This document shows positions 36,238-48,559 of a stretch of 64,000 bases of DNA, piece after piece (positions within the stretch are counted from its first letter, which is position 1; the number at the start of each line of letters is the position of its first letter). This stretch comes from Mobula hypostoma (lineage: Eukaryota), in NCBI RefSeq assembly GCF_963921235.1, contig NC_086097.1, forward strand, positions 45,572,001-45,636,000, written 5' to 3'. The notes under the pieces are model-generated. The model made no database searches. It saw only the letters and a program-made list of their open reading frames with translations, and was not told the origin of the DNA. Made by a program: the position numbers and the translations under genes.

Positions 36238-37454
36238 CAGGGGTCCCCAACCTTTTTTGCACCGCGGACCGGTTTAATATTGACAATATTCTTGCGGACC
36301 GGCCGACTGGGGGTGGGGGGTGGTGTTAATCACGACCGGAATATAGGTGATCAGTCAACTATAAGTCACTTATAAGCGGCTAATACACCCACTTCGTTTC
36401 TAAAAGTGTTTATCTAACGAATTTAACGTTAAACACACACTGCATATTTTCCTCGCATGAATGTAGTGCTAAGTCAATTATAACAGTGGTCCCAAACCTC
36501 CGGGCCACGAAGAATGCAGCGGTACAGCAGTGGCCAGAACACACCCAGCACATCTTTAAGAAAAAAGCCGAAATAAACAAGCTAATTGATTAGGTGCCGC
36601 CCGGCATGTAAATGTCGGCCCAGATCAGAGCGACACAGTCGGCAATCGCCTCTGATCTGAGCCGACATTTCATCTGGGTGGCACCTAATTAATTAGCTTG
36701 TTTATTTAGGCTTTTTTCTTAAAGATGTGCTGGGTGCGTTATGGCTACTGCTGCACCCCTGCATTCTTCGCAGCCCAGGGGTTGGGGACCATTGAATTAT
36801 AAATCACTTATAAGTCAATAGCATCATAACATTAAGTAATGTTTGGATATTAAACACACCGCATATTTTCCTCATATGAACATATAAAATCATTGCAACA
36901 CACCAATATCACTGAATCAGTGGGAGCCCTGGGCTTGTTTTCCTGCAACAAGATGGTCCCATCGAGGGTTGGTGGGAGACAGCGATACTTGAAGGGGGGT
37001 TCCTTATGTTCAGTCTATTCCGCAATTTAGTTTTCGTTGCATTCATTGTAGAAAACACCGCTTCACAGCGATATGATGTTGGAAATGGAAGCAACGTTTT
37101 CAGTGCTTTCGTGGCTTTCTCAGGATATTCAGCCTTGACTTTGATCCAGAATGCCGGCAGAGATGTTATGTCAAACATACTTTTCAGCCCACCGTCATTT
37201 GCAAGCTCGAGGATTTGTTCTTTTTTCCTGCGCTGACATGGATGATTCACCGGGGACATTCACAAATGGGTCACGGACCCATTCCTTTGTGCATCTTGGG
37301 TCACTGATGACCTCGCGTGCGTTAAAGTTCAACAGTGGGCGTGACGGAATGAGGAAAGGTGCAGCTGACTCATATTGTTTCATATCGCCAAATCATATCA
37401 TTTCCTCGCGGCCCGGTAGCACATGCTTTGTGGCCCGGTGGTTGGGGACCACTG
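36238..37454 (-). mobile_element. Internally deleted hAT (Charlie/Buster-type) transposon
   Basis: TIRs CAGGGGTCCCCAACC / GGTTGGGGACCACTG; 8-bp TSD ATGTAGCA / ATGAAGCA. hATC dimerisation-domain remnant FWIKVKAEYP...LLPFPTSYRCEAVFS...KTKLRNRL. Confidence 0.88.
36484..36794. mobile_element. Palindromic hAT MITE nested in the hAT element
   Basis: CAGTGGTCCCAAACC...GGTTGGGGACCATTG; perfect 8-bp TSD AATTATAA (36476-83 and 36795-802). The whole element is an imperfect inverted repeat. Confidence 0.88.
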
Positions 37455-37999
37455 ATGAAGCACCTTGAATGTAAAAAGTACATTCCTGTTTCTCAAATCC
37501 TTTGATGTCCTGGCTTGCACCCGTACCTAACCAGCTGTAACTCAGGCCTCCAGGATACCTGCACTCTTCCCATGGTTGTCCCTTGTCAATCATTTCACCA
37601 TAGCCAAACCTTCAACTCTAAAATTTCCTCTCTATACCTCACCTCCCTATACCTTGCCTCCCCTTCTTTCTTCAAGAGTCTTCTTAAAATCTAAGCTTTT
37701 TTGTTGCGAATTTGTCACCACCTTGTATGGCAATGTCAAATTTTGTTTGATAATGCACCTTCAAAATACCCTGTGACATATCACTGAATTATTCATGCAA
37801 AGATAGAATTATTGTCTAGCAGTTTAACTAGTTTTGGGGAAGCGTGAAGTTACAGCATTGAGTTTTCTGTAGCACTGCAGTGATGGCAGCCTTGATACAC
37901 TAGGCAAAGAATATCCTGTGCTGTGGGAAACTCAACAGTACTGATTCAACTGAAAATTTTAATAACAACTAAAGTAGCAAAACTATTAATGTTTGCCCA

Positions 38000-38430
38000 T
38001 GCCATAGTGGAGCTGATTCGTCACAGCTTCAGTGACTGTTTAATCCCTATCTCTATGTGCTGTCTTTGTGGAGTTTGCATTTTCTCCCTGTGATCATGTG
38101 TTCTAGTTCACCTCCACATCCCAAAGATGTATTGATTGGTAGGTTAATTGATCACTGTGAATTGCCGCCAAAGTGCATTAATAATGAAATCTTGGGTAAG
38201 TTCCCAGAAATATTGGGGAAACACTTACAGGATAAATTTGGCAGGGTATGAGATTGCCCTGAGGTCATATTGGCCAGCTGTGTCAAAGAAATATGCATGT
38301 CTGTACAAAAGACTTTTGATACAAGATGGGAAAGATTTAGAGAGATAGGGCACAATCGGAACTAGCTTTGATAGGCATCTTGGGCCACATGGTCCAAAGG
38401 GCCTTTTTCCATGCTGTATTATTCTGTAGC
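38000..38430 (+). mobile_element. Degenerate V-domain SINE with CR1-like tail
   Basis: GTGGAGTTTGCATTTTCTCCCTGTG...CCACATCCCAAAGATG core, with a GGGCCTTTTTCCATGCTGTA tail. Confidence 0.5.
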
Positions 38431-38543
38431 TCTGTATAGGGAAAAATACAAATTTGTTGACATTAAGTATGATGATAAGTTATCCTTAGATCTAGTTTTC
38501 TGATTTGCAGAAACAATGATTATATTTTTTTCTTTACATGCAG

Positions 38544-39550
38544 CAAGTTTGACATCGGATGGCAGCCTGGTAAAACATGAAATTGACTATTCCAATAGCT
38601 CTCAAACTTCAGAGCCAGCACCGTTGAGTGACTTTGCCATTGATAGTTCTGTAGCCACAACTTGTGATTTGTCAGATCAACTGAGCTTGTTGAGCAGCAG
38701 TCTGGATCACTTGATGACAGATTCCCCTGAACAGGAGAGCCAGATTAGTACGGACTCAAATAATGTTTTGCAGAATGTGGACAGTCACAATCTTTTCAGC
38801 TCAACTCAGCTTCCTGAATTGATACCAACATCACAAGAAGATCCTCTCCCTTTAGACTGTTTGACAGAATCTTTGAGAGAAACAAATGAAAATCTGTATT
38901 CTTCAGATCATCCAAGTTTTGCAGAATGTTCAGTTCCTGTATCTTCTGTGGAGTTAGAAAACTTAGACAGTTACTGTGATCAAAATGATGAGCCCACTGA
39001 CAAGGCTTCATTGTTGAATTGTTCTGAGCCAGTAATGAATCTGCAAGCAGATTTGGGTGGAACAATGATTGATGAAACCCACAACAGTGAACCCTTGGAA
39101 CTAAAATCTCAAGATCCAGAAAATACAGCGTTGACTGGTAGTCTTCATTTGCAAGAATCTTTAAGTGAAAGCTCAGAAACATATTTGGATGAGCGACATG
39201 CGTTACTAATGAGAATTCTGTCTCCAGATAAAGATCCGAACAAACAAGAAACTAAAGAATTTTCCCAGCTTTATGTTTTATATAAAGAGCCACAATTGTT
39301 AGACCCAGTTGAAAATACACAAGTATTGGAGGCTGTAGGTTCTACTGACAATGGCAGCTCTGAAAGACAGAATCCCCAAGAACCGTGTTCATCATCCAGC
39401 GATGAGGATGATATTTATGGTCATGGAGTTCCTCATTCATTATCCGAAACCAGTGTGGCTGAACTCTTTCACAGTCATGATGCTGGCGAATCATTAGGTG
39501 CAGTATCCCAAGATTCTGCAGATGAAATGGAACTTTTAAAATCTGATCAG
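38544..39550 (+). CDS. TECPR2: TECPR2 large internal exon (acidic/Ser-rich disordered linker)
   Basis: atgcag| ... gatcag|gtgatg, 1007 nt, phase 1 to 0. Within ORF 38516..39595; contains SSSSDEDDIYGHG and ends LLKSDQ. Confidence 0.92.
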
Positions 39551-39808
39551 GTGATGTATAATTTTAAGTTAACAGCTATTGAGTCTAATTTTTAAATTTT
39601 TAATGTGCATTTTTGGTTTTTCTAAGCATCTATCTTTTATCATTTTGATAACAGTAACGTGTATAACAGTTATTTTGTCTATCATGTAAATATGATAATT
39701 GTAAAATTTGACATTAACATTTTGACACTTGGTAAAATAGCTTTTAGGAAAGGGGTCTTGTAATACAAACATTCGTTGACATGTTTATTTTAACCTTTTT
39801 GTTGACAG

Positions 39809-39992
39809 TTTGCTGAGAGCTGGATGGGGTACCCAGGCCCTGGCTATAGTATCTCTAGCTTAGTAGTCTCTGAAAAGCATGTCTGGTGTTTGGATTGCAA
39901 GGGTGGTCTATACTGTAGCCCCTTTATTGGTACTGGTCTGCGGTGGCAAAAGTTTGAAGATGGTGTCCAGCAGGTGGCAGTATCGCCTTCAG
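39809..39992 (+). CDS. TECPR2: TECPR2 internal exon (start of TECPR propeller region)
   Basis: gacag| ... tcag|gttagt, 184 nt. Translates FAESWMGYPGPGYSISSLVVSEKHVWCLDCKGGLYCSPFIGTGLRWQKFEDGVQQVAVSPS. Confidence 0.95.
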
Positions 39993-40284
39993 GTTAGTGA
40001 AGTTTTGCATTTTCATTACTGAACTCTTAAATTCTGAATTTCTAGAATAGATTTTTCAATAAATTCAAAGCTATTTGCACAGATTTTTCCATACAATTTT
40101 ATATTTGTGTTAGAATATACTGATGTGCTTACAGAATGTGAAGGAGAGTTTAATTATGCAATGATTTTTGTGCATACTGTTTTTTTTTGTTTCACTTGCA
40201 AGGCCAGTTTTAATTTGATGAATTGAAATGTATTCCTGCTTTGATTTTCCAGTCTTTGAACTATTTGAACTTTCCTATGTGCAG

Positions 40285-40458
40285 GTGTGTTACTATGGAA
40301 AATTGAACAAAAATCTTGCAAAGCATTTGCCTGTGGTAAAGTGACAATGAAGGGAAAGAGACATTGGTATGAGGCCTTACCTTGTGCTGCTTATGTTGCT
40401 TTAAGTGACGACAGTGCATGGATCATTCAAACCAATGGAGAGCTATATTTGCAAACAG
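40285..40458 (+). CDS. TECPR2: TECPR2 internal exon
   Basis: gtgcag| ... acag|gtagtt, 174 nt. Translates VLLWKIEQKSCKAFACGKVTMKGKRHWYEALP...WIIQTNGELYLQT. Confidence 0.95.
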
Positions 40459-41132
40459 GTAGTTCAGAAATAATATTTTAAACCATAGCGTGAAAATAAG
40501 CAAAAAAGTGTGTATAATTTTTTTTCTGACAAATAATATAATTGCACAATTGATGAATTGCGTAGTGCGTATATTATCAAATGTTTGGCACATTTTTAGA
40601 GAAAAGCAGACTTGCATTTGTATATTTCATCATAATTCCATAGTCTAACACAGTACTTTTGAGGTGTTGTCGCTACAGCAAAATAGGAAAGTTGAAAAGT
40701 TAATGCTGGTAAAATAAATGGAAACTTGTCAGGTGTTGTTGTATAAGCAGACAGAAGAGGTTATTTGGAGAGTTCTTTCAATGGTTAAATGTGCTGTATC
40801 ATACTTTAGAAAGCCAGCATATGTAATATTTAGAATATGTAGTTCCTTTTACAATGAGAACTGAAATGATTTCAAATTACTATAAAACTGCATCCATACT
40901 TAATTTGAAGCTCATTGGTTGCTTCAAACGTTCTTGCAAGCACTATTTCATTGAAATTTTAAAAGCTTCTTTTGCAGTCTGTGTTCTTTAAGGAACTTGA
41001 CATTTTAATGTAACAGTAATCCTAGAATATTTAAAGTACTGTAAATCAGAAGTTTGAATTTTCAGAAGCTCTAAATTTAGAGATTTAGATTTTGGAATAA
41101 AATGGTTTTAACATAGCAGCTGTCTGAGGTTT

Positions 41133-41610
41133 CAGAATCAGAATCAGGTTTATTATCACCAGCATATGCCATGAAATTTATTAACTTAGCAGCAGCAGTA
41201 CAAATGATAATATGGAAAAAAAAAGTAAATCAATTACAGCAAGTATATATGTATATTTAAGTTAAATAGTGCAAAAAAAAAATTTTAGAAAGTGAGGTAG
41301 AGTTCATGGGTTCAAGGTCCATTTAGAAATCAGATGGCAGAGGGGAAGAAACTTCCTGAATCACTGAGTGTGTGCCTTTAGGCTTCTGTACCTCCTCCTT
41401 GATAGTAACAATGAGAAAAGGGCAAGTCCTGGTTGATGGAGTCCTTAGTAATGGACACTGCTCCTTGACGATGTCTTGGATACTACAGAGGCTAGAAAGC
41501 AAGATGGAGCTGACTATTTTTACAACTTTCTGTAGCTTCTTATGATCCTTACAGAAGACTCCTCCCCATACCAGACAGTGATGCAGCCCATCAGGATGCT
41601 CTCCACGGAG
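41133..41610 (-). mobile_element. Rex-Babar-type LINE 3' end
   Basis: (AGAATC)2 tail plus TTTATT, followed by the reverse complement of the ORF2 C-terminus (ESILMGCITVWYG). Confidence 0.65.
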
Positions 41611-42039
41611 TGATACAGCATGTCTTTCTTAAATCTGGTATAGTCCAGTTTGTAGCGGTAAAGAAATAATGTTAATTCACGTTTTGAGAAAGCAGTTGTA
41701 TTAATGAATTATGTCATCAATTGAATAATTCAAATTTGTTGCAACTTTTGGTAGTTTGCTGGGTAATTTTAGCAGCGGGGTTTGTCTCCTGGAGTGAAGT
41801 TCAGGTTAACCATGTTGGCAGAAGTCAAAGAAAGGTCACTTTATAAGAGCATCAAATGTCTCCTGGTCACTTTCTTCTGCCCTGCAACCTCACTGCGATA
41901 TCCCTCCAGCATGCCCCATTGTCCTCACAAGCTGATTGCTCCTGCCATTGTCATTGTAGCCAATGAATGTATTGTTTTCTTAAAAAAAAAGTTCTGACCA
42001 TCATTTTTAAAAATTTTGCCTCCATTCCCCCTAACCTCT

Positions 42040-42765
42040 CCCTCAACATCACAAAAACAAAGGAGCTTGTTGTGGATTACAGGAGGAATGGAGATGGGCC
42101 AACCGCTATTGACATTAATGGATCTGGGTTGAGAGGGTAAACAGCTTCAGGTTCCTCGGCATCTACATCACCGAGGACCTCACGTAGTCTGTACACACCA
42201 GCTGTGTGGTGAAAAAGGCACAACAGAGCCTCTTTCACCTCAGACAGTTGAGGAAGTTTGGTATGGGCCCCCAGATCCTAAAAACTTTCTACAGGGGCAC
42301 AATTAAGAGCATCCTGACTGGCTGATTCACTGCCTGGTATGGGAATTGTACCTTCCTTAATCGCAGGACTCTGCACATAGTGATGTGGACAGCCCAGCGC
42401 ATCTGTAGATGTGAACTTCCCATGATTCAGGACATTTACAAGGACAGGTGTGTAAAAAGGGCCCGTAGGATCATTGGGGACCCAAGCCATCCCAACCACA
42501 ATCTATTCCAGCTGCTACCATCTGGGAAGCAGTACCGCAGCATAAAAGCCAGGACCAACAGGCTCCGGGACAGCTTCTTCCACCAGCCCATCAGACTGAT
42601 GAACTCATGCTAACTTGAGTGTACTCTGTATTACATTGACTGTTCTATTTATTCTAAGTTATTATAAACTACTATGATTGCACATTGCACATTTAGATGG
42701 AGATGTAACATAAAGATTTTTGCTCATGTATGTGAAGGATGTAAGAAATAAAGTCAATTCAATTC
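42040..42765 (+). mobile_element. Rex-Babar-type LINE 3' end
   Basis: LFQLLPSGKQYRSIKARTNRLRDSFF motif; AATAAAGTCAATTCAATTCA tail. Confidence 0.8.
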
Positions 42766-43149
42766 ACACTGTAAATAGGGGTATTTCCAATCAGCATACA
42801 ATTACAAGTTTTGATTTACTAGGTATCTCCCAGTTCCTCCTCAACCCCACAATCTGATGCTACATTTTCTTAAGTTTCATGCTAAAGATTTCAAACCCAT
42901 TCTGCTCCATGTTTTCTGTAGTTTGCAGTGTTTTCTCTGGGTTTAATTGGCTGCTAAGCTAAGCAGCCAAACCTTCCTCTTTATAAATATAAGGTTAAAG
43001 CAGTGTGTGTGATCTTGTTACTATTTAAAACTCTATGAAGGGAACATGTTGATCATACCATCAGCTTGCCCTTTACTAGGATGAAATTTGGTGCTACTTT
43101 TAAAGCTGTTATTCATGTTAAAGCAGTATTTTATGTGCCAAGTAGAAAA

Positions 43150-44200
43150 CAAGACATCTCCGCAAAAGTTCAGGGTAACTTCCAAGGCTCAAACAGCATC
43201 AGCTGCTTCATCAATGACCTCCTTCAATTGTAAGGTCAGAACTGGAAATGTATGTTCAATAATCTTACCCATTCATGACCCCTGAGGTAATGAAACAGGC
43301 TAGATCCAAATGCAGCAAGAAATGGAGAATAACTAAACTTGAGCTGTTGGGTACCAGGTGCTGACAATGACGATATCCAGCAAGAAGAAAATTATGGAAC
43401 AACCCCCTGACATTCAGTGACATTGCCTTTACCCAGTTCTTCAGTGTCAGTATCTTGCAGGTTACTATTGACCGGAAACTGAACTGGAGTAACCACATAC
43501 ACAATATAGCTACAAGAGCAGGTGAAAGGCTAGAAATTCTGCAGTAAGTAACTTGCCTCCTAACTCCCAAAAGCCTATCCACCTTGTTCAAGGCTCAAGT
43601 CAGGAGTGTGATAGGATACTTTCCACTTGTCTGGATGAGTGCAGCCTCAGCACTCCAGAAGTTCGACATTATACAGGATATGCAAGCCTGCTTGATGGCA
43701 CCCTGTCCACCACCATTCACACACTTCTGCACTGGGTCACGGTAGCAACAGCTTATATCAACTGCTTGCATAGCAGCCTGACATGGAAACTCCAATGTAC
43801 AAGAACACTAGAGGTTACAAAGAGTGGTGGACTTGGCCATTTCCATCATGGATGCAACTCTGCCCACTACTGTGGACATCAGCAAGAGGTGACTGGGCAG
43901 GAGGTACAGAAGCTCACATTTCCAGTTCAACAACAGCTTCTTCCTCATTGCCATCAGGTTTTTGAACAGACATGAAAAATGCCAACAGTTCCTCAAACTA
44001 TATATTTTTCTCACGTGCACTCGCTCTCTTGCTCCCTCCCTCCTTACACTAATGTAGTTACATTTGTTGTGTAAGTATTGTATAATTTATATTGAGCTAT
44101 TTTATGTTAACTCATGTCATATTTGTAATGCACTGTACTGCTGCTTCAAAAAGATAATTTTCATGGCATTTATATCCTGTCTATGCCTATAACAATAAAT
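43150..44200 (+). mobile_element. Old non-LTR retrotransposon 3' fragments (CR1-group, then Rex-like tail)
   Basis: Degenerate LLTPKSLSTLFKAQVRSV...WMSAA motif, followed by FNNSFF...IRFLN and an AATAAA tail. Confidence 0.5.
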
Positions 44201-44831
44201 TTATACTGTAACATTTTAAGAAAAGCTGCAAAGATCTAGAATACGGATACAGTATAGAGTACAGAACATGGAATATAATGATACATCAGCATGTCTTTAC
44301 TGGTCACAAGAATGTTATGAAGTATTGGACACCCATGCAGAAGGATGCTGAGAAAATAGATGGTAGATTGCATGTAGGTTATGAATGCATCTTGTGTACC
44401 CCTTCAGCGTGTTTTTATTTACTCTGCCTTGCTCCTTCAGTTTCAGATACCTTACCAATTATCCCTTTCTACACAAAGGCTTCCAAATATTAAGACATTC
44501 TTTACAAATGACAGTCTAGGAGAATTTTTTACTGTACCTACTGTTGTAACGCCCTTCCAGGGTGGAGCCCTGATTTTCTCAAGGTTCTCGTGGCCTGTGA
44601 AATCATAAGTCTAGAGTGACTTCAGTGTCAGATATGGTTATTGTGTGCAAGAAATCAGGCATTTTTTTTCCTCTGCACAAGTCATAGAAAATAATGGAAA
44701 AGTTATTGTTAAACCACACAACTCCTTGTTCTTTCACATTTTTTCCCATGCAACATAAGCCAATATCTTACACTGCTCTTGCTTTTAATATCTTGAAGAT
44801 TACTGATTTTCTTAAAGTGTGGGTTGGATGC

Positions 44832-44836
<5 letters not shown>

Positions 44837-44862
<26 letters not shown>
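44837..44862. repeat. (TG)13 microsatellite
   Basis: Read directly from the sequence. Confidence 0.95.
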
Positions 44863-44863
<1 letters not shown>

Positions 44864-45442
44864 AGTAGGTTTAAAAAAAAATCTTGGTGTGGGTACAGTG
44901 AATTGAGCAAAACTTCTGACATCATACCTACCTTCTCTTTGAATCTAACAACCTCCCTTTTGTCCCTATCCTGGATTTTAATGACTGAAACCACTGTCAT
45001 CCTCTTTGACTCAGTGTTACTGCTTTTGCTATTGATTTGTTTTGGTACTAAATCTTTAGTGTATTTTAAATAGTATGAGGCCGTGTGTGCAATTTTTCTC
45101 AACATTGAGGGAGGCATATTATTTACAATACTATAGTTTTGTGTTTGTCAACATAATTACCATACTTCAGGAAAAAAATTACCTGTGACATGCTTTAGTG
45201 ACATTTAGTGTTTTGAAAGTGTACATGATTCTTGCTTCTCTCTCTTGCCTCTCTACCTTTTATCTTGCTGTTTTTACTTTGTTTATTTAATTGTTTTGAG
45301 CTTGGCTTTTTTAATTTACATATATTTAGCAAAAATTGAAGTTTAAATGTAATCAATTGCATTGAAGCTTGTACAATTTCCTATCGTGGTATGTCTAATG
45401 TTGTACTTAGTTTAGCTGTTCTTTGTGGTTCTTTATCTTAAG

Positions 45443-45623
45443 GCCTTAGTGCGGATCGTCCATGTGCCAGAGCAGTGAAGGTGGATTGCCTTTGTCCTTT
45501 AGTGCAAATTATTTCCAAGAATAATGTGGTGTGGGCTCTGACGGAGCAGCGGACAATTCTCTTCAGAAAAGGCATCAGTAGTTTTTGTCCAGAAGGAGAG
45601 CAGTGGGTGTCTGATATTGTAAG
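45443..45623 (+). CDS. TECPR2: TECPR2 internal exon
   Basis: cttaag| ... gtaag|gtagga, 181 nt, phase 1 to 2. Translates LSADRPCARAVKVDCLCPLVQIISKNNVVWALTEQRTILFRKGISSFCPEGEQWVSDIV. Confidence 0.93.
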
Positions 45624-46174
45624 GTAGGAAGAATTGTCTTTTGTTGCAATGTGCCTCTTTAGATGCTGTTTGAAAATTGTTTACATCCATTCTAGATTAC
45701 TTTCATGATTTGGCTAATGTACCAGTATATTTTCCCATTAATAATAAATAAAGAATATTGAAGGCTAAGCAATCTGTTGTTGAAGACACTTTTGGAAAAA
45801 AACTAGCAAAAGTTAGGTAACAGCGCCATGTTTGCTTGTCTTAAAAGTATTTATCTTGAATCTAGCTGTCTATGACTTTATTCCTCAAATTTTTTTGGTA
45901 CATTTTGTTTATTGTCATTCAGATAAATATTTCACCTTTGCATTCCACTCACATAGTTAATTTTTTTGTGAACAGGGATATCTTTTAACAGCAGTCCAAT
46001 GAGATCAAAACCCCTATATGCTTTCTGTTACACTGACAATTATGACGACGCTGGCCTACATGAGTCATTGACTTGAAAAATAATTCACAGTAAAAAATAT
46101 AAATCATGACAAGAGGTTTATTTTATTTAACACTTCAGAATAACAAACTTTCATAGAAAATAATAATAACAGCT

Positions 46175-46400
46175 CCTGGAGTTGGAGTTCGGCATTCAGT
46201 TCCGGCACTGAATGTAAGAAGTTTGTACGTTCTCCTTGTGAGCACATGGGTTTCTTCTGGGTGCTCTGGTTTCCTGCCACAGTCCAAAGAAGCACCGGTT
46301 AGTGGGTTAATTGGTCACTGTAAATTATTCTGTGATTAGGCTAGAGTTAAATAGGTGGGGTTGCTGGATGGTGCATCTCTTTGGGCCAGAAAAGCCTGTT
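46175..46400 (+). mobile_element. V-domain SINE, partial
   Basis: GTTTGTACGTTCTCCTTGTG...GGGTGCTCTGGTTTCCTGCCACAGTCCAAAGA...TTAATTGGTCACTGTAAATT. Confidence 0.65.
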
Positions 46401-46574
46401 CTGAATCAGAATCAGTTTGGTTTAGTTTTACTGGTATACATCATGAAATTTGTTGTTTTGCAACCGCATTGCTTTGAAATATGTAATAATAAAAGCTATG
46501 TTACAGCATAAATATGAATACTATAAATTATAATATATAATGTTATCATGACTCATGTTGCGAGTGTATTTCGC

Positions 46575-48395
46575 CTTTAAGAAGGTAAGTGAGGATGCTG
46601 CGGTATGTCTGAAAGCAGAAAGTTGGACTTTCAATCCCAACTATCCTGCTGGCAAATATACAGTCTCTGGAATATAAAACTGAAGACCTCGAAGGAAGTT
46701 TGCTGTATCAGAGGAACACTAGGGTCCGCTGAGTACTCTGCTTTAAGGAAACATGGCTCACACTGGCAGTTTTGGATGCAGCACTGCAGCGTGATAGCTT
46801 CACCATTCTCTGCAAAGGCAGTATAGCTCAATCTTTTAAAAACAGAGAAAGTGGAGTATGCTTTTTGATTAACTCTTCATGGTGCATAAACATGGTGGTT
46901 CGGTCTTATGTCTGCTCTCCTAACCCTAGCAGTCAAATTTCATCCATTTTATCTGCTGAGGGGGTTTGCCGCCATCTTTCTGGTAGTGGTGTACATTCCA
47001 CCTCAGGCCATGGTCAGCAGGCACTGGAGGAGCTAAGCAATGTAATCAGCAGGCATGAAAATTCACACCCTGATACCTTCTCTATCATTGCGGGAGATTT
47101 CAACCAGGCCAGTTTGAAGAAGTCTCTGAACGACTACCACCAACATATCACCTGTGGAACCAGAAGAGCCAATATGCTTGACCACTGCTGTACCACCATC
47201 AAAAGCGCTTATTGTGCCATCCTGCACTCACACTTTCAAAAGTCTGATCACCTGGCTGTACTTCTACTGCCAGCGTATAGGCAGAGATTTAAAGACCACA
47301 GCATCGGTGGTGAAGACCAAGAAGGTATGGTCAAAGGAGGTGGAAAAGCGCCAACAGGACTGTTTTGACTTGGTAGACTGGACAACATTCAGGGATTCAT
47401 CTTTGAGTCTGAATGAATATGTTCCAGTTGTCTTCAACTTCATCAATACCTATGTGGATAAGTGTGTATCTTCAAGAACATACCAGACATACCGAAACCA
47501 AAAGTCATGGATGAACCTGGAGATTCATTCTACTGAGGGCTAGATCTGTGGCATTCAAGACCGCTGGTCCAGAACTATTAAAAAAAAAAAATCCAGATAC
47601 GATCTACAAAAGGCAATTTTGAGGGCGAGAAAATAATTCCAATTAAGGTTAGAGATGGATAGATGCACGTCAGCTCTGGCAGGGTTTACAGACCATCGCT
47701 TCCTACAAGGCGAAACCTAACGTCATGAATGGCTGTGATGTTTCACTACCAGATGAGCTCAATGCCTTTTATGCATGCTTTGAAAGGGAGAATAAAGCTA
47801 CATCTGCGCAAATCCTGCAGCATCTGGTGATCCTGTGATCTCTGTCTTGGAGGCCAACATCAGAACATCTTTCAAGAGGGTGGACCCTTGCAAGATGTCA
47901 GGCCTGATGGTGTACTTGGTACGGCTCTGAAAATTCTGTGCTATCCAACATGTGAGAATGTTCAAGGACATCTTCAGTCTCTCATTGCTGAGGTTGGAGG
48001 TTCCCATGTGCTTCAAAAGGGCAACAATCATACCAGTGCCCAAGAAGAGCAGGGTGAGCTGCCTCAGTGACTATTGCGAGGTGGCTCTCACACATAATCT
48101 GATGAAATGCTTTGAGAGGTTGGTCAAGGCTAGAATAACTCCCAGCATTCTAACTGGTTGTATTAGCATCTGATACGGAGGGTTGACTGCATAGAATCGG
48201 AAAAAACTGCAGAAGGTTGTAAACTCAGCTAGCTCCATCGTGGGCACCAGCCTCCATGGTACTGACGACTCCTCCAAAAGGCAATGCCTCAAAAATATAT
48301 ATTTTACTTGATTGACTTCAATTTGTAATGTATTGCGATGAACTGCAGCTATAAAATAACAAATTTCGTAATTTATGCCAGAGATATTAAACCTG
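46575..48395 (+). mobile_element. Rex-Babar-type LINE (same family as 1440-5630), internally deleted
   Basis: ACTATCCTGCTGGCAAAT start, IIAGDFNQASLKK and FKRATIIPVPKK motifs. Jumps from RT start to ORF2 C-terminus at about 48142. Confidence 0.8.
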
Positions 48396-48559
48396 TGATT
48401 TGTGATCAGGTGAAGTTGGAGTTTTAGTGGTGATGCATTATTTATGAAGTCTTTGGCTGAGAGATAAATGGGGTGAAGTAGTGAAAAAGAGAACAAAGCA
48501 TTATGAAATGCAGATCAACACAAGTTCAAAAAAATAAAACCAAGAGGATAAATTTGGAA

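Noticed and set aside
36350..36890. Direct repeats (AAGTCAA-TATAA-TCACTTATAAG; AAACACAC-GCATATTTTCCTC) as a CRISPR-like array
   Set aside because: Only two or three degenerate copies, internal to a hAT transposon in eukaryotic DNA; no spacer periodicity and no cas genes.
38516..39595. 359-aa ORF as a stand-alone gene (likewise 35515..36000)
   Set aside because: These are TECPR2 exons with read-through into introns; splice sites and phases fit the neighbouring exons.
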